DNA of 23,409 nucleotides from Oligoflexales bacterium (lineage in GTDB: Bacteria; Bdellovibrionota_B; Oligoflexia; Oligoflexales; RGVZ01). The first letter of the stretch is position 1, and every line of letters starts with the position of its first letter. Both the position numbers and the translations under genes were made by a program. Under the pieces are notes generated by a model. The model searched no databases and had not been told where the DNA came from. It saw only the letters and a list, made by a program, of their open reading frames with translations. This document shows positions 1-7,931 of this stretch, in pieces. The stretch lies in assembly GCA_044236265.1 (NCBI GenBank), contig JBIIGV010000040.1, forward strand, positions 1 to 23,409, given 5' to 3'.

Positions 1-160
1 CTAGCCCGGTCAAGGCAGCAGCAATCAGATCTTCGCGGTCGAGGGGGATTCGGCTATGCTCCTGGATTTGAGCGATCGATCCCTTGATCATCGGCGCGAA
101 CTCAATCATGACGGCCTCGCGATCCAGTTTTTTGACGTGCTTCGAGTGTGAGCGTGGCAT
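1..160 (-). CDS. FliA/WhiG-like (sigma28-type) RNA polymerase sigma factor, 5' part (runs off the window start)
   Basis: Not in the ORF track; hand translation from ATG at 160 gives MPRSHSKHVKKLDREAVMIEFAPMIKGSIAQIQEHSRIPLDREDLIAAALTGL. This resembles sigma region 2.1-2.2 of FliA/WhiG (xAPLVK...DxxDLIxAGxxGL). GGGAGG RBS upstream. Confidence 0.7.
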   Translation of the reverse strand, partial: MPRSHSKHVKKLDREAVMIEFAPMIKGSIAQIQEHSRIPLDREDLIAAALTGL

Positions 161-207
161 AAATCTATCCCTCCCTACAGGATTGTCTCCTGCTCTTTAT
201 AACTTCC

Positions 208-234
208 TCCTCGGCGAAGTCGGGAATGCCTTTA
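208..234 (-). promoter_or_regulatory. sigma28-like promoter upstream of the sigma gene
   Basis: Minus strand reads TAAA-N15-GCCGAGGA against the sigma28 consensus TAAA-N15-GCCGATAA. Confidence 0.55.
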
Positions 235-303
235 AAGAATAAAATTATACCAGTAAAGATAGGTGGTTAAGTTGTGGGCTCAAGTTTGGTTGAGTGGTCT
301 TTT

Positions 304-1272
304 TTACTTTGCTCGCGCAGGTTTTTCGCCACCACGAGGCATGATTGTTTCCAACGGCTGATTGGCAGAGCGATCAGATGCTTTTAGGCGTCTTAAAGTT
401 ATGTTCGCTACACGCTTAACCTCTCCGCCAGTCTTAAAGCGTCCATCGGCGTCATTGACGAGGTCCTGCAAAAGCTTGATGGCTTGAGCCTCGTCATTGA
501 GTCCGTTTTTGTGCACCAAAGCTAACTGATAAAGGGCCTCCGCGCGGGATGGTTCTTTTTCTAAAATGGATTGGAATGCGTTTTTTGCGTTCGCCCAAGA
601 AGAACTTCGTGACGCTGCGACGCCGTATCCATACTGCGCATCAAAACAACGTTGGCAGCGTCCCGAAGTCTGCGCGAATGTCTCCAGAGCGCCGTTTGTG
701 TCACCCAAATCAAGTTGAAGATAACCCATGTTTAAACCCGCTGCGACGTGAGTGCCGTCACTGTCCATGGCTTTGCGAAACCATGTGATAGCATCGTCAT
801 AGTCACTCCTCCGGTTTGCAGACGCCATCATAATACGTAGTCCCAATAGATTCATGGCATCTGAATTAGAGGGCTCGGACTTTAGGACCTGGCTCGCATA
901 ATAGGCTGCCATTTCATAATTTCGTCCAGCTGCATATGCAGCGCCGAGTGCTGTTAGAAGGCCCTCGTCACCCGGTTTTATCTCTAACAATTGGCGAGCC
1001 TCTGAAATAGCAGATTGCCACTCGCCTGATGCAAGTTGACCTGACAGTTTTCCGCTCGATGCCCCCTCGGCATCGCGTTGCTCAATCCAAAAATTTGCAC
1101 CAGATTTTGAAATTACAGGACTCTTACTACCGGTCTGGACCATGATCAATTCACCGGTGCTGCGGCTTATGTTCGTATCGTCTGATGGTGATACCTGCTC
1201 TTTTGGCGTCATGATTGATTTGCTGCATCCAACGAGTGTCATGACTATCGTAATAATTAAGCTGTGAACCAT
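304..1272 (-). CDS. TPR-repeat lipoprotein, GltE/AglT-like (gliding motility)
   Basis: Start moved to ATG 1272, which has an AGGAG RBS. Lipoprotein signal MVHSLIITIVMTLVG|C. Multiple TPR-like repeats (ALGAAYAAGRNYEMA, AMNLLG, AGLNMGYLQLDLGDTNGA, ALYQLALV). Lies directly downstream of a GltD-like gene. Confidence 0.75.
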   Translation of the reverse strand: MVHSLIITIVMTLVGCSKSIMTPKEQVSPSDDTNISRSTGELIMVQTGSKSPVISKSGANFWIEQRDAEGASSGKLSGQLASGEWQSAISEARQLLEIKPGDEGLLTALGAAYAAGRNYEMAAYYASQVLKSEPSNSDAMNLLGLRIMMASANRRSDYDDAITWFRKAMDSDGTHVAAGLNMGYLQLDLGDTNGALETFAQTSGRCQRCFDAQYGYGVAASRSSSWANAKNAFQSILEKEPSRAEALYQLALVHKNGLNDEAQAIKLLQDLVNDADGRFKTGGEVKRVANITLRRLKASDRSANQPLETIMPRGGEKPARAK

Positions 1273-1283
1273 GAAGTTTGCTC

Positions 1284-3923
1284 CTAGCGTGCGTGCCATT
1301 GAATGAAGTGTCCACTGGTGTCGCTTGTGAATTTTGGATGACTCCAGTCGTTGCCGTTCTGCCACATGATCGCAGTCGTCCAGTCTGGATTTGTTGCGCC
1401 GGCTTTAGCTTGTTCTAATGATTTTTCATCGGACTCAAGCACTAGGTTGTCTACGGCTTCAATAATGGTCTTCTTGCGATTTCTGAATGAAGTGACATCC
1501 TCGGGGTCCAAAGTTTTTGCTATATCAAGATCATCATAAGCTTTTAAAAACTCTTCACCAAGTCGCGCCGAGCGATGCATGGCTGGCCCACACCAGCCGG
1601 TTCTAACTGGCAAGCAGGCCGATCTGTAAAGCTGATCCAGTTCCGTGAACTCAGCGTAGCCTTTTTCAAGCTGTCCTTTGGGATCACGCGCGGCCAGACT
1701 GCTGACGGGTTCTTTGAATTTATTAAGTGCGGACGTGTCTGCCAATAAAAACCGAATTTCACTCACTAGCTCTGAAACTCCCGGCAGGCTTTGGTCGAGT
1801 CCGCGGATCTGCTTGTCAACTAGGTTTAGTCCTTGCAAATTTCTTTGGTCTGCAAAAGCTCTTGCTTTCACCGACAGGGCTGTTGCCGTGATGAGCGTGT
1901 CGTTTTTGAAGTTAGAGAGAAGTTTGTCGGCAGTTCTTAGTGCCGTTGCTGTAGAGCCATGTCTAGCGGCAGTGTCCAAAAGCCGCCGCGCAACATCGTG
2001 ACGGATTCCGTTATCTAAATCATTTCTACCGACTAAAATTGACATCACACGGATTGCGGAGTCATAAATTTCTCTTCCCATGTAGAGATCGGCAAGAATT
2101 TGCAGAGATGAGATGCTTTGGCGATCTTTTGGAAACTCCAATGCGTGAGTTTCCAGAAAATACATAACGTGGTCTTCCCATGTGAGAGCTAGCGTCCAAG
2201 CGCCTCCTTGAATAAGAGCGTCATGCCGGTATTTTGACTTGGTGTGCATTTTTGTAAAGGCGACCATCGTCGTCACGGCATTTCTAAACTGCCGATCACC
2301 GTGATAAGCCACTGCTAGGCTATAAAACCCTTCGTCATGGCGCCGATCTCCGCGCCAGCCTTTGACGTACTCGTCAAGTTTTGCGATAGCCTTTTTGTAG
2401 TCATTTGCTTCCAAAGCGTTAAGACCATTTTCAAGCAGTGCGATTCCAAGGAGCTCTTTGGGGCGATAGGCAGTCTTAAGATGAATTGCTGTGAGATTGG
2501 CTTTGGTCATGATTCGACCCAGGGATTCCAGTGCATCCCAGTTCTTTGATTTTATGTAGGTCTGCCCCATCCACCCGGCAGCCCTGGCAGCATGCCCTCC
2601 ACTCGGGAATTTTTGTAGCCTCTCGTTCCACACTGCAAATGCATCTTCGGAGTTTCCGGTAGCGACATGGAGTAGTCCAACGTGTGCTACTGTGGCCCAA
2701 TCTGCTGCAGTACCGCGATCGATCCGCTTATACATGCCAGCTAACACGACGCGGGCCTCACGGCTGCCTTTGGGTATGTCGTTCCACGGCGCATCTTTGG
2801 GCCAATCTGCCAGTTCGGTCTGACTCCTGATGGCTCGTCTCCAGATGTCGATGGCCTGGTTGCCTTGTAGCTCGTTTGCGATCCCGGCAAAAGTGTTCGC
2901 CGCTGCTTTGTGCTGGCCTGCGAGATATTGAATCTCGCCAGAGGCGATCCGGACGCGAAATTTCTCGTTATCAGGTATGTTTGTGCTCAAGTATCGTTCT
3001 ATTGCCGTCAAAGCCTCTTTGCGCTGGTTGTCACTTGCTTTAGAAGAGGATGCTTCGCGAATCAAAAAATCAATGAGTTCGCGATGGATTTTGGTCACGG
3101 CGCTCACGAGACGCTCTACTTTTCCCTCGTTACCAGCCCCTAAAAATTGTTTGTCTTGATATTTGTCGGCGGTGTCCATGAGTGCCCGTTGCCAGCGTCT
3201 GACCTGCTTGTCTTGGCGAAACTTCGCACGCTCGAGCTCTATGATGCGCATATCAAGGGCTGCTCCTTGGGGAGAAGCATTATAGGTAACGGCTAGTGAG
3301 CGGTATTTCTTGAATGCTGCAGATTCGTTGCCTTTGCTCCAGTCTTGAATGGCTTGTCGCTCAGTGATCGCTTTGGCAAAGTCAAATTGTCTCTGCGCCT
3401 TTAGGTCGATGGGTGGCAGAGTCCAGGAGGCGCTGTCACCTTCGATGCGACGCCACATGGTCACAGCTTGCAGCGCAGTTTTTTCGTGAGTGGTCTCATC
3501 AATTTTTGCGGCTGCGTTACATGCAGCTAGGAGGTGTTGCCTCCAGTTTCCGTTGGGCTTGCCGGCTTTTTTCCCGGTATTTGAAAGCCCTCCAATTATA
3601 CGTGCAGCTGTCAATTCGGCGATAAGGCGCGCTTGCTGTCCTAATTTGTTTGCTGCTTGACGCATCGCAGCAATTTCTTTTGCTTGATCGGCGGGTTTTA
3701 TAGGGCGAGATAACCTTTGTAGGGATTCTCGAAAAACAGTCTGGGCTTTCGCCGTCGCAGCGTTGCTCGGAATGAGTTCCTTTTGATCCGATAAATCCCC
3801 AGAGGACGATGGCATCTTCCATGAACTATCCAATGGTAGTACCGGCTTAAAGGACTCGGCGGCAAAACCTGAAATTGGTAACAAAACGACCGCAAGGGCT
3901 AAGTTAGAAATGGAACGCAACAT
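1284..3923 (-). CDS. Large secreted TPR/helical-repeat protein, GltD/AgmU-like
   Basis: Start ATG 3923 (GGAG 8 nt upstream) gives a signal peptide MLRSISNLALAVVLLPISGFA|A. TPR-like repeats (e.g. EGFYSLAVAYHGDRQFRNAV). The C-terminal pattern (WCGPAMHRSARLGEEF...LDPEDVTSF...EKSLEQAKAGATNPDWT) recalls the GltD/AgmU C-terminus. Confidence 0.7.
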   Translation of the reverse strand: MLRSISNLALAVVLLPISGFAAESFKPVLPLDSSWKMPSSSGDLSDQKELIPSNAATAKAQTVFRESLQRLSRPIKPADQAKEIAAMRQAANKLGQQARLIAELTAARIIGGLSNTGKKAGKPNGNWRQHLLAACNAAAKIDETTHEKTALQAVTMWRRIEGDSASWTLPPIDLKAQRQFDFAKAITERQAIQDWSKGNESAAFKKYRSLAVTYNASPQGAALDMRIIELERAKFRQDKQVRRWQRALMDTADKYQDKQFLGAGNEGKVERLVSAVTKIHRELIDFLIREASSSKASDNQRKEALTAIERYLSTNIPDNEKFRVRIASGEIQYLAGQHKAAANTFAGIANELQGNQAIDIWRRAIRSQTELADWPKDAPWNDIPKGSREARVVLAGMYKRIDRGTAADWATVAHVGLLHVATGNSEDAFAVWNERLQKFPSGGHAARAAGWMGQTYIKSKNWDALESLGRIMTKANLTAIHLKTAYRPKELLGIALLENGLNALEANDYKKAIAKLDEYVKGWRGDRRHDEGFYSLAVAYHGDRQFRNAVTTMVAFTKMHTKSKYRHDALIQGGAWTLALTWEDHVMYFLETHALEFPKDRQSISSLQILADLYMGREIYDSAIRVMSILVGRNDLDNGIRHDVARRLLDTAARHGSTATALRTADKLLSNFKNDTLITATALSVKARAFADQRNLQGLNLVDKQIRGLDQSLPGVSELVSEIRFLLADTSALNKFKEPVSSLAARDPKGQLEKGYAEFTELDQLYRSACLPVRTGWCGPAMHRSARLGEEFLKAYDDLDIAKTLDPEDVTSFRNRKKTIIEAVDNLVLESDEKSLEQAKAGATNPDWTTAIMWQNGNDWSHPKFTSDTSGHFIQWHAR

Positions 3924-3967
3924 CCACATGTCTCCACTATTTCTGAAAACCTCAAATCTGTATCGAG

Positions 3968-3994
3968 TTGTCGGCAATCTGGGCCCGATCCCTA
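3968..3994 (-). promoter_or_regulatory. sigma28-like promoter upstream of the TPR gene pair
   Basis: Minus strand reads TAGG-N15-GCCGACAA: strong -10, degenerate -35. Confidence 0.4.
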
Positions 3995-4077
3995 GTCAGG
4001 GTGGGGCTGAGTGCTTTCGATAAATATCAGAACCCAATGAAATCTTGACGCATTTTGGGTGGGCTTGTCAAAACATC

Positions 4078-4104
4078 TAAACTAACTGGATCGTCATCCG
4101 AAAA
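4078..4104 (+). promoter_or_regulatory. sigma28-like promoter upstream of pilT
   Basis: TAAA-N15-TCCGAAAA. Confidence 0.5.
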
Positions 4105-4166
4105 CTGGAGTGATCCCGAAGGCAGGGTTGCTCCCGGGTATTCAGGCAATTCACGGAGTCGATGGT

Positions 4167-6239
4167 ATGCAAAGATTAAAGTCAGTTCTGAATGCGGCGC
4201 TTGCTAAACAAGCTTTGCGTATTCGTATGGCCGCTGGCGAAGCTCCCGAATGGTTGACTGAAAATCAGGCAGTTGAAAAGGATCCTGCTGGTCCTATCTC
4301 CGAAGATGAAATCAAAGGGATCTTAGCTGTCGTACTCCCTGGGCATAAAGTTTTTGAATTGGGCGACGCAGTGGGAGCCCTTAATATCGGCGCTCAGGGT
4401 GTTTTAAAAATCAGAGCGCAGACGACGCCATCTCTATCTATCTCCTTTTACACTCAGCGAGGCAGTGGTTTGTTTGAGTCAGATAGCACTCAAGTGCCTG
4501 CGCCTTTGGCAAGCGCAACTCCAGCACCAGCCTCGTCAGTTCCACCGATCTCGAGTGTGCCTCCTGCACCGCCAGTCTCTGGAGGGAAAATTTCCTTTTC
4601 TCCCGATCCGGCGCTCGCATCAGCGCAAGCCATTCCACCTCCGCCACTACCTGGTTTTGGAGTAGCAACCGCCGCAATGCCGCCCGAGGCAGAAGCTCCT
4701 CGGTCGATAGCTCCACCGCCCCCGCCCAGTCCTTTAGCAGTGCCTGCGGCGCCAGTTCCTCCCGTTCCATCTGTTTCCGCTGCGGTCGAACCACCAGCTG
4801 CTCCGCGGGCAGCCGTGGCCGCAGAGCCTGCTCCTGCAGCACCCAAGAGTGAGCCTGTAATGCCCCTAACCACTGATAAGGCGCAAGCGGTAAAGGAATC
4901 TGCAGATCCGAGCAGTATGTTTCGTGTGTCGGCAACTCCAAAAAAGTCAGTGGCGAAAAAAGTAGAGTCTGCAGATCAACCGCAAGCGGCAGCGCCCGCC
5001 ATGGTTCAAAGCATGCCGTCTGCTCCAGTTCAACCGGTGCCTGCTCCCGTTATGATGGCAGCTCCAATCGTCACGTCTGCGGTCGTTGAAGAGCCAAAAG
5101 AGATTAATTTTGGAAATGCCGAGGCTTCAGAGGGTAGTTTGAGTGATGGTCAAAACCCGATCGACACGTTACTTCAGGAAATGGTGAAATTGAAGGCGTC
5201 CGATATGCATCTAACGATCGGGCAACCCGTGATTTTTCGCGTATCCGGTGACATCACGCGTATGAGTGAAGAGTTTATCTCTCCTGAAATGATGCAGCGA
5301 TTTTTGATGCCCACTTTGCCGCCTCGCAACCGAGCAGAGTTTTCCAAAATTAACGATACTGACTACGCTTACGAACTGCGTGGTGTCGGTCGCTTTCGTG
5401 TTAACGTGTTCCGTGATCGTAATGGAGTTGGTGCGGTCATGCGTCACATTCCATCACAAATACTCACGGCTGAGCAGTTAAATCTTCCTCAAGCTATCAC
5501 CAAGCTTTGTACATTAAACAAAGGCTTGGTACTGGTCACAGGGCCAACAGGAAGTGGTAAATCAACAACGCTTGCAGCGATGTTGGATCTAATCAACAAG
5601 ACTCGTAAAGAGCATATTCTTACAATTGAAGATCCGATTGAGTTTGTTCATCCCCAGCAAAAGTGTCTCGTCAACCAGCGCGAGGTGCATAAACATACAG
5701 GTTCTTTTGCTAGAGCGCTGAAGGCAGCCTTACGCGAAGACCCGGATATAGTGCTCATTGGTGAGATGCGGGATCTTGAAACGATTGCTATCGCAATTGA
5801 AACAGCAGAGACCGGACACCTGGTATTTGGAACGCTACACACGACGACGGCCATGTCGACAGTTGACCGTATCATTGACCAGTTTCCTGCCGATCGTCAG
5901 GCCCAAATCAGAACGATGCTTGCGAGCTCGCTGCGCGGTGTTGTCGCTCAAACACTTCTGAAGAAAAAGGGCGGTGGTCGCGTTGCAGCACATGAGATTT
6001 TAATTTCCAATGACGCCGTCAGTGCCATGATTCGCGAGGGTAAGATCCAGCACCTGGCAAACCATATGATGACCCAGAAGGCAGAGGGTAATCAGCTTCT
6101 TAATGACGCTTTGCTGAAGCTAGTTCAAGACGGTGTGGTGGATCCGCAGGACGCGTTCTTCAAGGCTGTCGACAAAAATTCATTCGTTGCCTCGGCAAAA
6201 CAGCGAGGAATTACCATCAAGCTAAACGAAGCAGGATAA
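4167..6239 (+). CDS. pilT: Type IV pilus retraction ATPase (PilT/PilU family) with long N-terminal extension
   Basis: Walker A GPTGSGKST, Asp box TIEDPIE, Walker B LIGEMRD, His box TGHLVFGTLHT, and an ASDMHL N-domain. Start preferred at ATG 4167 (GGAG 8 nt upstream) over GTG 4110. Confidence 0.9.
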   Translation: MQRLKSVLNAALAKQALRIRMAAGEAPEWLTENQAVEKDPAGPISEDEIKGILAVVLPGHKVFELGDAVGALNIGAQGVLKIRAQTTPSLSISFYTQRGSGLFESDSTQVPAPLASATPAPASSVPPISSVPPAPPVSGGKISFSPDPALASAQAIPPPPLPGFGVATAAMPPEAEAPRSIAPPPPPSPLAVPAAPVPPVPSVSAAVEPPAAPRAAVAAEPAPAAPKSEPVMPLTTDKAQAVKESADPSSMFRVSATPKKSVAKKVESADQPQAAAPAMVQSMPSAPVQPVPAPVMMAAPIVTSAVVEEPKEINFGNAEASEGSLSDGQNPIDTLLQEMVKLKASDMHLTIGQPVIFRVSGDITRMSEEFISPEMMQRFLMPTLPPRNRAEFSKINDTDYAYELRGVGRFRVNVFRDRNGVGAVMRHIPSQILTAEQLNLPQAITKLCTLNKGLVLVTGPTGSGKSTTLAAMLDLINKTRKEHILTIEDPIEFVHPQQKCLVNQREVHKHTGSFARALKAALREDPDIVLIGEMRDLETIAIAIETAETGHLVFGTLHTTTAMSTVDRIIDQFPADRQAQIRTMLASSLRGVVAQTLLKKKGGGRVAAHEILISNDAVSAMIREGKIQHLANHMMTQKAEGNQLLNDALLKLVQDGVVDPQDAFFKAVDKNSFVASAKQRGITIKLNEAG
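4483..5100 (+). repeat. Pro/Ala-rich low-complexity linker within the PilT homologue
   Basis: Translation is dominated by P/A/S/V (APPPPPSPLAVPAAPVPPVP...). No exact tandem DNA repeat is seen. Confidence 0.8.
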
Positions 6240-6265
6240 AAAATTAAGGGATCCGTTACTGTCGT

Positions 6266-6424
6266 TTAAGGATTGGGTGGTGTGTTCGCGTCGTGCCCGT
6301 CAAAGCATTTCTCTACGTCTTCTCTGGTAAAATATTTTGCCTTACACTTTACACAAACGTATCGCGCACCATCGCGCTTGAATTTCTCATTCTTCTGGTT
6401 GGCAGGCTTAGTGCTTTGAGTCAT
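6266..6424 (-). CDS. 52-aa zinc-finger-like small protein
   Basis: Hand translation: MTQSTKPANQKNEKFKRDGARYVCVKCKAKYFTREDVEKCFDGHDANTPPNP*. Contains C-x2-C-x12-C-x3-H. Fills the gap between pilT and the M17 gene; purine-rich GAGGG/GGAAAG upstream. Confidence 0.7.
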   Translation of the reverse strand: MTQSTKPANQKNEKFKRDGARYVCVKCKAKYFTREDVEKCFDGHDANTPPNP

Positions 6425-6473
6425 GTTACTTTCCAATCCCTCAACTTCAGATATGTTCCTATGGTGCTACCGA

Positions 6474-7931
6474 CTACTGGTGAGCGATGGCCTGCCACAT
6501 GGTGTTAAATACAGCACCCGTACATCCGTAATGGGCGCCAGGGTAATCACCCGACCAGTTCCAAATCGAATTAAAGATATCGATGTGAGTGTACGGCCCA
6601 TCCGCAAATTCCTTAAGGAAGTGGGCTGCGACGTTTGAGCCTCCACCCATGGATGCGTGTGATGGCATGCGTCCCATGTTTGTGAGGTCAGCAGCATTGA
6701 TTTTATTTCCATTTAGAAATGGCAGGAAGTCATCCCAAAACGTAAAGGCTTCGCCGTATTTTTCTGAGGCAGAGCTGACGTCAGTTTTGAATTTGTCAGA
6801 GGCGAAGTGAACAGGTGTAAAAAAGTTTGTGAATTGCCGCAGTGATGCTGTTGTTAGAGTGGCGGCTGTGTACATGTGGGAGGGAGAAAACTTATCCCAC
6901 ACGTAAGACATGGCATCTGCAAGGATCAGGCGACCCTCAGCATCCGTGTGTTCTACAATGACAGATTTGCCCTTCCTTGATTTTAGGATGACACCAGGTT
7001 TCATGGAGCGAGAGTCAATAGCATTTTCACACGCTGGGATGGCAAGGACTATTGGTTTATCGTAGCCGCTACGGATCAGTCCCATGAAAAGCTGGGCTGT
7101 CAGCGCGGCCCCACCCATGTCGTTCTTCATACAGTTCACAAACGATTCGTGCGGTTTCAAATTTATTCCACCCGTGTCGAATGTAATACCTTTGCCAACG
7201 AGGGCAATGGGTGACGATTTCGTGTTGAGATTTTTACTAAGAATATGCAGACGAGGAGGCGACTTTTTTGCGCCTTGCCCTACAGCTAGCAAAAGGTTCA
7301 TGCCTTCGTCCTGCAACGCACTCTCTTCTAGCGTTGTAAAAGTACAGTCATTGCTGTTGGCAAAGTCACGAAGCCTGTCACCAATTTCAATTGAGGTCAA
7401 AGAATCCGGGTTCTCATTAACCCAGCGACGAAATTCCAGCTGATGTTCGAATCGAAGTTTGTAATGACGATCATCCTTGGAGACTGCGTCGGGATCGCTT
7501 GCAAAGACGCGAACATCATTCCACTTGGATGAGGTGAAAAGTGGTCCCGCAAAAAGGGTGATAAGATCTTCAACGCGCACAATGTCTTCTGTCGTGCAGC
7601 CATCGGTCATGAATACGCAAAGTTTCTTATTTGCAAACGTAGTCTGTAGCGACTTCGCCCAGTCGTGGAACACCCATCGTCTCTCGAGAGCGTTACGACC
7701 GTTCTTTGTAAAAACAGGTGCAACCCAGGGCCGATCACTCGCACCAAAAAAACCGGTGTGAACGGTGAGGTAGTGGGACTTGCGTTGAAGAGATGAATAA
7801 GCTTTTCGAATGAGTTCATCGAGCGATGAGGACGGTGCGCTAACTGGCGATAAAATAACACAAATTTCATCTGCTGCGACAGTTGTCGAGAGGTTTCCGA
7901 TACTTAGCTTGTCAATAGTAAAAGGCTTCAT
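6474..7931 (-). CDS. M17 family (leucyl) aminopeptidase, divergent
   Basis: VGKGITFDTGG, MKNDMGGAA, HTDAEGRLILAD, AAHFLKEF and HIDI motifs. AGGAG RBS. Confidence 0.9.
   Translation of the reverse strand: MKPFTIDKLSIGNLSTTVAADEICVILSPVSAPSSSLDELIRKAYSSLQRKSHYLTVHTGFFGASDRPWVAPVFTKNGRNALERRWVFHDWAKSLQTTFANKKLCVFMTDGCTTEDIVRVEDLITLFAGPLFTSSKWNDVRVFASDPDAVSKDDRHYKLRFEHQLEFRRWVNENPDSLTSIEIGDRLRDFANSNDCTFTTLEESALQDEGMNLLLAVGQGAKKSPPRLHILSKNLNTKSSPIALVGKGITFDTGGINLKPHESFVNCMKNDMGGAALTAQLFMGLIRSGYDKPIVLAIPACENAIDSRSMKPGVILKSRKGKSVIVEHTDAEGRLILADAMSYVWDKFSPSHMYTAATLTTASLRQFTNFFTPVHFASDKFKTDVSSASEKYGEAFTFWDDFLPFLNGNKINAADLTNMGRMPSHASMGGGSNVAAHFLKEFADGPYTHIDIFNSIWNWSGDYPGAHYGCTGAVFNTMWQAIAHQ

Noticed and set aside
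1273..1365. Extended N-terminus of the TPR lipoprotein in the ORF track
   Set aside because: It overlaps the upstream gene; ATG 1272 has an RBS and gives a proper lipoprotein signal.
4110..4166. GTG 4110 as the pilT start
   Set aside because: It coincides with the predicted TSS and lacks a properly spaced RBS; ATG 4167 has one.
4438..4941. Antisense ORFs (127-aa Gly-rich and 167-aa) opposite pilT
   Set aside because: Shadow frames of the Pro/Ala-rich linker (CCN/GCN codons read in reverse); no recognisable motif.
6293..6638. Plus-strand 71-aa ORFs after pilT
   Set aside because: No motifs; they overlap the better-supported minus-strand zinc-finger ORF and the M17 gene.
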